32,000 nucleotides of DNA, from assembly GCF_049243625.1 (NCBI RefSeq), contig NZ_CP046975.1; one strand, given 5' to 3'. Positions 26,444-32,000 of the stretch are shown here, piece after piece. The notes under the pieces were generated by a model. The model was not told the DNA's origin. It saw only the letters and a list, made by a program, of their open reading frames with translations, and ran no database searches. The stretch comes from Corynebacterium amycolatum (GTDB taxonomy: Bacteria > Actinomycetota > Actinomycetes > Mycobacteriales > Mycobacteriaceae). Position 1 is the stretch's first letter. Each line of letters begins with the position of its first letter. The position numbers and the translations under genes are program-made.

Positions 26444-27733
26444 TTACTTAGTCAGAGCCGCCTTGTCACCTGCGAGTCGTCGCCAAGCAGTGGCAGACGC
26501 GACACCCATCAGCGCACCCGCCCCCAGAAACACGCTGCCCGCACCCATCGCGGTAGCACCCAAACCAGCAACCGGCGGCAGGATGACCTGCGCCAAGCGG
26601 TTACCCATCAGCCGGATGGATAGCGCCTGAGCACGCACCTCGGCATCCACCAGGGAGCTCACCCACGTCATCGACATAGGCATGACAAAGCCCCACGCCA
26701 AGCCACAGATACCAACCGCGATAACCATCAGCCACGCACTCTGTAGCCACGGCATTGCCAAAAGCGGCAGGACACCGGCACAAACTGCAATGATAAGGAC
26801 CCGATTGCGGTTAGCTTTGCGCAAAACAGTCGGCATGAGGGCTCGGGAAATAATCGCAAGACCACTACGCGCACCAAGGATCGCCGTCACCTCGGCAACA
26901 CTAAAGCCCAGTTCACGTCCCAGCACCGGCACATATGCCGTCAACAGGTCAATGGCCACGATGACCGCAATTGAGACAGCCATGGCGCTGGACATGCCAT
27001 CGATACGCAGGATGCTTAAGACCGATGCGCCACTGGCTTCGGCCTGCGCCGGTCGCCTCTCCTCCATCCGGCTGCGGTCGCTAACAGTCGACGCCGGAGA
27101 ATACTCAGTTGAGCTAGCAGCTTGCACTTCGGCGGCTGCATTCGCTTCGTGCCGTCGATAAGCAGTTGCGACCGGCCAGCCGATGACCAGGGCGATCGCA
27201 CCGATTCCCGTCATCGCCCAGAGCGCGGAAGTGGTGGCGGTCATGGCGCTGCCGTCGTGGTTGGGAGTGAGCAGACCCGCACCGACGATGCCGAGGAACT
27301 GCCCGACAGAGATTCCAAGCGTGAAGTATGCAAAGAGGCTATCAAGCCCGGCGACGCCGCCACGCAGGTGCGAAACCATGCCTTGAGCGGCGATGAGCGT
27401 GGTCATGTGGGCAAAACCCAGGGCCACGTAGCCGAGCAGAAGAATAGGTAGGTTCGGCGAGAGCGCCATTACTGCCGCAGCGATGACGGTGGCGACGAGA
27501 CCGGAGTACATGACTTCGGTGGCACGATGGCTGTCGACAAGCTTGCCGGCGGGAAGCGCAATAATAAGAGGTACAAGTGAAAATGCGGCAGTGAACCAAC
27601 CGACGGTGGCGGCGGAACCGCCAAAATCGAGGACTCGCCAAGAAAGCAGCACGCGACCGCCGTTGAAAACCGCTTGCCCCAACACAGTAATGAGAACCAA
27701 TAGGCCGAACCAGCGTCTCATACCTGTTTGCAA
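26444..27733 (-). CDS. MFS transporter
   Basis: 429 aa with about 12 hydrophobic segments, a central hydrophilic loop, and an MFS-type LPAGKLVDSHRA loop after TM2. The listed start is TTG 27733; the ATG at 27721 is an alternative. AGGAGAAGGGGAG lies just upstream. Confidence 0.8.
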   Translation of the reverse strand: MQTGMRRWFGLLVLITVLGQAVFNGGRVLLSWRVLDFGGSAATVGWFTAAFSLVPLIIALPAGKLVDSHRATEVMYSGLVATVIAAAVMALSPNLPILLLGYVALGFAHMTTLIAAQGMVSHLRGGVAGLDSLFAYFTLGISVGQFLGIVGAGLLTPNHDGSAMTATTSALWAMTGIGAIALVIGWPVATAYRRHEANAAAEVQAASSTEYSPASTVSDRSRMEERRPAQAEASGASVLSILRIDGMSSAMAVSIAVIVAIDLLTAYVPVLGRELGFSVAEVTAILGARSGLAIISRALMPTVLRKANRNRVLIIAVCAGVLPLLAMPWLQSAWLMVIAVGICGLAWGFVMPMSMTWVSSLVDAEVRAQALSIRLMGNRLAQVILPPVAGLGATAMGAGSVFLGAGALMGVASATAWRRLAGDKAALTK

Positions 27734-27982
27734 CTCCCCTTCTCCTGTGTGGTCGCACTCTTCGCGGGGTGATTTCTTTGCACGTCAATACCTAAATTGA
27801 TCGGTGTTTTCTCGTCGGCTCGCACTTCTGCCAACCCGCGAAGAACGGTCAAAGCAATGCGGCTTATTAAGAATAGTCCCTGAAGTTAAACATGTTTAGC
27901 GCATAGAATGAATTATTCGGGCATCCTTGTCGATGTAACCGGTTTGCTTATTTAGTTAATAAAGAATCAGGAATTAGGAGCC

Positions 27983-29554
27983 ATGCTTGAACGCACATTG
28001 GTGTTCGTCGATACGTCATATTTACTGGCGAGCTTTTACAACTCGTGGGAAACCGGAGCCCGCGGGCAATTAGAAATCGACCTTAGAGAAGTAGTTAGTG
28101 TCCTTGACCGAATGATTAACCAGCAGCTGAACCAGCCAGTTCAGCGGCAACTTTGGTACGACGGCATCCCGGAGTCGGGGCCGCATCGTTACCAGCGCTC
28201 ACTGCGCACGATTGATGGTGTGCAGCTGCGCGCAGGTCAGCTCATTGAATGGGGTGACCGACGGACGCAGAAGGCCGTCGATACGCGACTCGTCGCAGAC
28301 ATGGTTGTCGCCGGCCTGCGCAACCAAGTTTCCGATATCGTGCTGGTCTCGGGCGATGCGGACATGCTGCCCGGCGTCGCTGAGGCTTCGGCCGCCGGTG
28401 TGCGCGTGCATCTCTACGGCTTCGGCTGGGACTCCATGTCCGGTGCACTTCGCCATGCCTGCGATTCGACGACAATCCTCGATCCCCGCGAGGACTTCGC
28501 CGACGCCATGCAGCTCAATGTCCTCGAGGGTCCAATCCCACCGGTCGTCCGCACGAATAAGCCGCTGGGCGATGCCGAACCAATCGAAGATCTCGGCGCC
28601 ACCTGCGTACCGGATACGCGCATCACTCCTCCGGGCGAGGACTCGCTTGACGACGGCACGGAGAACACTCCCTCCGCTGCCGACGGTGACGTTGCTTCGC
28701 CGGAGGCCGGCACTCCGGAGGTTCCGCAGGACCAGCGCGTTGTGCCATCCCCCACGGCTGACCGCGACTCCGACTGTCGCAGCGAAGACAATGCCGCAGC
28801 CACGCCGACGGCCAAGGCCGACTCGCCGAAGTTCAACGAAGTCGAGCACGCGGCTAAGATGGGTGCCCGGGAAATCCCGGCGCAGGCTGAGCACCGCGCT
28901 GAGGTAGAGCGCACCGGCGGTTTGGAAGCTACACAGGTGGATTCCGCTGCTTCGGGCGTTTCGGCTGACTCGCCAACGCAGCCAGCGCAGCCAGCGCAGC
29001 CTTCTCCAGCGGCCATGCCCGGCGCGACAGTCAATACTGGCAGTGGGGCTGGTAACGACACTGCGAACAACATCGGAGCCGAGAATGCAAGCGCGTCTGC
29101 CTCCGATTCCGCGTCGTCGACTGCAACCGGCAGTGGGGAGTCGGCGACGGAGCCGTCGGCAAGCGAAGACGGTGCCAACGCGAGTCCACCGAAACCAAGC
29201 CCGCGGCCGAATCCTTCGATGATGGCGCCAAGGAGGAAGCTGCGTAGTCGATACGTGCCCCTGCCGAACGAGGTGTGGGCATCCGCGGGTTTCCAGACGC
29301 CGTTCGATGTGGGACAGCAGTACGCGAACTGGTGGTACGAGAATATTGCGAACGAGCAGGCGCGCGATAGTGCCCACTTGCTCTCTGGTGGTGGGCTGCC
29401 GCCGGACATTGATCGTCCGCTGCTGCAGTTTGCGTGCGAAACCCTGCACGAATACACGCTGACGGAGACGCAGCGCGTCAATCTGCGCGATGGTTTCCAC
29501 GCCGGTATCCGCGGGGTGCTGCTCGCGCGGAAGAACGGCGAATTGGAGAAGTAG
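27983..29554 (+). CDS. NYN-domain (LabA/DUF88-like, PIN-related predicted RNase) protein with long disordered linker and conserved-looking C-terminal domain
   Basis: The N-terminal ~185 aa show the NYN pattern of acidic residues (VFVDTSYL, AVDTRLVADM, VLVSGDADMLP). About 225 aa of Pro/Ala/Ser/Asp/Glu-rich low complexity follow. The last ~108 aa are an aromatic-rich globular-looking segment (VPLPNEVWASAGFQTPFDVGQQYANWWYENI..LQFACETLHEYTL). AGGAG lies just before the ATG. Confidence 0.8.
   Translation: MLERTLVFVDTSYLLASFYNSWETGARGQLEIDLREVVSVLDRMINQQLNQPVQRQLWYDGIPESGPHRYQRSLRTIDGVQLRAGQLIEWGDRRTQKAVDTRLVADMVVAGLRNQVSDIVLVSGDADMLPGVAEASAAGVRVHLYGFGWDSMSGALRHACDSTTILDPREDFADAMQLNVLEGPIPPVVRTNKPLGDAEPIEDLGATCVPDTRITPPGEDSLDDGTENTPSAADGDVASPEAGTPEVPQDQRVVPSPTADRDSDCRSEDNAAATPTAKADSPKFNEVEHAAKMGAREIPAQAEHRAEVERTGGLEATQVDSAASGVSADSPTQPAQPAQPSPAAMPGATVNTGSGAGNDTANNIGAENASASASDSASSTATGSGESATEPSASEDGANASPPKPSPRPNPSMMAPRRKLRSRYVPLPNEVWASAGFQTPFDVGQQYANWWYENIANEQARDSAHLLSGGGLPPDIDRPLLQFACETLHEYTLTETQRVNLRDGFHAGIRGVLLARKNGELEK
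28978..29001 (+). repeat. 9-bp in-frame tandem repeat GCAGCCAGC x2.7 inside the NYN-protein linker
   Basis: GCAGCCAGC GCAGCCAGC GCAGCC encodes ..QPAQPAQP.. . It is a candidate for slippage-driven length polymorphism. Confidence 0.7.
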
Positions 29555-29630
29555 CGCGCCTCACGGCTTCGGCAGTTTCGATGGCTTCAGCACTACTGGC
29601 GCTACTGTCGCTGCTGGTGCGGCTGACGCG

Positions 29631-29703
29631 AGAAAGTGTCGGGGTTTATGGCATTTTAGGATGGTTTTTCCCGCTCAGACTGCCATAAACCCCGACACTT
29701 TCT
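29631..29703. terminator. 23-bp perfect inverted repeat between the convergent NYN and pspA genes (probable bidirectional, U-tract-less terminator)
   Basis: AGAAAGTGTCGGGGTTTATGGCA (29631-29653) and TGCCATAAACCCCGACACTTTCT (29681-29703), with a 27-nt loop. It can extend to 25 bp with one G-U. It lies 77 nt after the NYN stop and 30 nt after the pspA stop. There is no clean T-run on either side. Confidence 0.6.
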
Positions 29704-29732
29704 TGTTGGCGATTGTTGGCAACTGGTGAAGG

Positions 29733-30560
29733 CTACTTCGCTTCGTCTGCGTCCGTTGTGGTGTCCTCAACGGCCTCGGCGGACTCCAGCTCGCCGGCAT
29801 TATCCTTCGCGGCAGAACCGGATTCGAGAGCAGCGCTTTCATTATTCATCTGGGCACGAATTTCGGCCAGGCGCATGTCGGCAGCGGCATCGCGAGTCGA
29901 AGTCTCGATCTCAGCCATGCGACCTGCTTGTGAGGATTCCGCGAGCTCCTGAGCGCCCAACGCATTGGCGTAGCGACCTTCAATCTTCTCACGGACCGAA
30001 TCTAAAGTCGGCACATTCGGATCCTCGGAAATACCCTGCATGCTCTGGAGAGTCTTCGACGCGGTCTCTTGCATCTTGGCCTGATCCGCCTGCGACTCCA
30101 GCTTGCGGATATCCTGCTTAATCTGCTCGTAGCGAGCCTGCGACTGCTGCGCCTGACGCTGTGCCTCCTCAGCAGCAGATACGGCCTGCTGGTGGAGCTG
30201 CGTAGTATTTTCCAGCTCCTTTTCAACATTCACCAGCTGGGTGGCAAACGCCTCAGCAGTGCTTTCCATCTTCTGTGCAGTGGCCTCATCGCCCTTGGCA
30301 CGAGCCTGATCCGCATTGGCGAGTGCCTGGCGGGTGTTCTCGGTAATCTTGTCACGCTCGGAGGTCAACCGCCCCAGCTGCATTTCCAGCTGATTGCGGT
30401 TGCCGATGATAGCCGCAGCCTGACGCTGAATCTCCTGATGGCGCTGACGCTCGGCCTCAGCTGCCTGTGCAATCTGAACCTTCGGATCCGCATTGTCCTC
30501 GATTTTCTTATCGAACGAAGACATCATGTACTTCCAGCCCTTGGCAAATGGATTAGCCAT
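29733..30560 (-). CDS. pspA: PspA/IM30-family membrane-stress protein
   Basis: The N-terminus MANPFAKGWKYMMSSFDKKIEDNADPKVQIAQA..IGNRNQLEMQL closely parallels the mycobacterial PspA (35-kDa antigen) N-terminus as I recall it. The rest is Gln/Glu/Ala-rich coiled coil. GAGGAAGG lies upstream of the ATG. Confidence 0.9.
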   Translation of the reverse strand: MANPFAKGWKYMMSSFDKKIEDNADPKVQIAQAAEAERQRHQEIQRQAAAIIGNRNQLEMQLGRLTSERDKITENTRQALANADQARAKGDEATAQKMESTAEAFATQLVNVEKELENTTQLHQQAVSAAEEAQRQAQQSQARYEQIKQDIRKLESQADQAKMQETASKTLQSMQGISEDPNVPTLDSVREKIEGRYANALGAQELAESSQAGRMAEIETSTRDAAADMRLAEIRAQMNNESAALESGSAAKDNAGELESAEAVEDTTTDADEAK

Positions 30561-30629
30561 GCAAATCCAACCTTCCTCAACATATGCGGAATAACTAATC
30601 GGAACCGAGAAGATTCCATCTCTTAAAAA

Positions 30630-30648
30630 ATTGTACGTGAGCTAGCTC
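30630..30648 (-). promoter_or_regulatory. Candidate pspA -10 box (TACAAT) abutted by a perfect 10-bp palindrome GAGCTAGCTC
   Basis: The minus strand reads GAGCTAGCTC-ACG-TACAAT, with the palindrome at 30639-30648 and the -10 at 30635-30630. It lies in the 161-bp divergent region between pspA and the serine-hydrolase gene. Confidence 0.35.
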
Positions 30649-30721
30649 GCTCTCTCTCGGCAAACGGAAAGAGCTGGTTACCGACAAGCAAGACTCCCCC
30701 AGAGTTGTAAACTCTCTAAAC

Positions 30722-31999
30722 ATGGTTCATTGCCCTCAACGCGCGTACCGCGGACTTGCCGCGAGTCTCGCCGCGGTAATTACTCTGTCAGCAACTGCGC
30801 CGCTGGCTAACGCGACAGTCACCGCAACTGCTGACTCCACCGATACCGGCGCATTTTCGCAGGTAGTCGTCGCAGCTCCATCCTCAACGGAGCCGACTAA
30901 GCCCTCCGACGCAAAAACCAAGAAGACCACCGAAAAGCCAGCTGAAAAGACTCCCGAGAAGAGCACAGGAAAAACCACAGAGAAGTCGGCGGAACAGTCG
31001 CCTGAGAAGTCGACTGAGAAAACCTCTTCAACGACATCGGAAACGTCCTCAACGGAGCCGTCGGAAAGCACTGCGAAAAGTGAGCCGAAGGCGTTTCCCC
31101 CACTTGTGCCGGGGGCGAAGACCCAGTGGGGCCTTGGCGTCCAAACTCGTCTCGACCAAGTGACCGAGGAGTTTGATGCTAAGGGCGGCATGCTCGGCAT
31201 GGGCATCCTGGATCGCCAGACCGGTGAGTTCATCTGCAACGCACACTGTGATGATGTTTTTCGCCTCGCCAGCCTGATGAAGGTATTCATCGCCGATGTC
31301 GTGGCCTACTCCAACTACACACAGCCGAAGAAGGACGAGATCGTCGCTGGCCAGGGCGATATGCCGGTTGAGGGCAACCCTGACGCCATGCTGCGCGACG
31401 ACATGATTCGATACTCCAACAACGAAGCAACTGACGAGCTGTGGGATTCCTACGGCGGTGTACGCATCGTTGACAATGTCCGGCAGCGCTACGGCCTGTC
31501 GGATAAGACCGTCGGCTCGCCTATGTGGGGAGCCACCACTAGTACGCCAGCCGACATGGTCGCCTACTTTGACCGCATGCTGAGCGAAGAAGGCGGACTG
31601 AGCGACACGGAGACCAAATACATGCGTCAGCTGATGTACTCACTGCCGCGCTACTCCTACGGCGATGCAGACCAGAACTTCGGTCTGCGTGCAGCGCTAC
31701 CGAAGGAAACGATTGCCAACAAATCCGGTTGGTACGAAGAGCAGCACACCACTGCCGGATTCCTTGGCGACGATGACCGTTACGCTATCGCGGTTCTGGG
31801 CAAAAACCTGACCGCCAACGACCTCACCGAAGCTGTCAAGCACGTGTTCCCGGGCGGGCAGGTTCTGCCAACAGGTGAGAAGGAGACAAAGCATGCCCGC
31901 ACCAGCGCGGCACTGTCGATTGAGGAGGACTCAAACAAAGTCGCTCCAGCCCTGTGGGCACTAGTAGCGGCACTCGCTGGCTTTGGTATTGGCTGGCTC
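30722..31999 (+). CDS. Secreted class-A-beta-lactamase-like serine hydrolase, 3'-truncated by the window edge (absent from the ORF track)
   Basis: My own translation from ATG 30722 gives MVHCPQRAYRGLAASLAAVITLSATAPLANA (signal peptide). A Thr/Glu/Lys/Pro/Ser-rich linker follows (TEKPAEKTPEKSTGKTTEKSAEQSPEKSTEK). The catalytic-type motifs follow in the class-A order: SLMK (SxxK), SNN (SxN) and KSG. Then comes a hydrophobic stretch, APALWALVAALAGFGIGWL. There is no stop before nt 32000. Confidence 0.8.
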   Translation, partial: MVHCPQRAYRGLAASLAAVITLSATAPLANATVTATADSTDTGAFSQVVVAAPSSTEPTKPSDAKTKKTTEKPAEKTPEKSTGKTTEKSAEQSPEKSTEKTSSTTSETSSTEPSESTAKSEPKAFPPLVPGAKTQWGLGVQTRLDQVTEEFDAKGGMLGMGILDRQTGEFICNAHCDDVFRLASLMKVFIADVVAYSNYTQPKKDEIVAGQGDMPVEGNPDAMLRDDMIRYSNNEATDELWDSYGGVRIVDNVRQRYGLSDKTVGSPMWGATTSTPADMVAYFDRMLSEEGGLSDTETKYMRQLMYSLPRYSYGDADQNFGLRAALPKETIANKSGWYEEQHTTAGFLGDDDRYAIAVLGKNLTANDLTEAVKHVFPGGQVLPTGEKETKHARTSAALSIEEDSNKVAPALWALVAALAGFGIGWL

Positions 32000-32000
32000 A

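Noticed and set aside
28199-29500. 433-aa and 355-aa minus-strand ORFs, and a 231-aa plus-strand off-frame ORF, overlapping the NYN gene
   Set aside because: These are Arg/Ala/Gly/Ser-rich mirror ORFs typical of GC-rich, low-complexity coding DNA. The plus frame 27983-29554 has a recognisable NYN head, a start with an SD, and a globular C-terminus.
30069-31290. 185-aa plus ORF antisense to pspA, and 184-aa minus ORF antisense to the hydrolase gene
   Set aside because: The first is a Leu-rich mirror of a Gln/Glu/Ala coiled-coil gene. The second is opposite a frame that carries a signal peptide and SxxK/SxN/KSG motifs.

Overview
Chromosomal window from a high-GC actinobacterium. It looks Corynebacterium-like, judged by eye from the 16S/23S/5S sequences and the gene content.

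**1-12.3 kb: ordinary housekeeping and stress genes.**
- The 3' part of phoD.
- An Lsr2-type nucleoid protein behind a roughly 32 % G+C leader.
- A YidC/Oxa1-type insertase with a very long basic tail.
- A TetR regulator, a GlsB/YeaQ membrane protein and a tandem-USP protein.
- An RluA-family pseudouridine synthase.
- A MacB/FtsX-type ABC pair, a DUF2871-like membrane protein and an SDR.

**12.4-26.3 kb: two complete 16S-23S-5S operons on the minus strand.** They form 5,740-bp near-identical direct repeats (12414-18153 and 20435-26174). A single plus-strand NCS2 nucleobase permease gene sits between them.

**26.4-32 kb:** an MFS transporter, a NYN-domain protein with a long disordered middle, a convergent pspA, and a divergent secreted class-A-beta-lactamase-like serine hydrolase. 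The hydrolase runs off the window end and is therefore missing from the ORF track.

Every ORF-track entry inside the rRNA operons, and the long antisense 'mirror' ORFs, are judged artefacts.

I see no transposase, integrase, CRISPR array, tRNA or recognisable defence or toxin gene. I cannot support a claim of a novel multi-gene system here. The most unusual items are:
- the NYN-IDR-CTD protein;
- the long-tailed YidC paralogue next to lsr2;
- the architecture and homogenisation boundaries of the tandem rrn pair;
- a 23-bp perfect inverted repeat between NYN and pspA.
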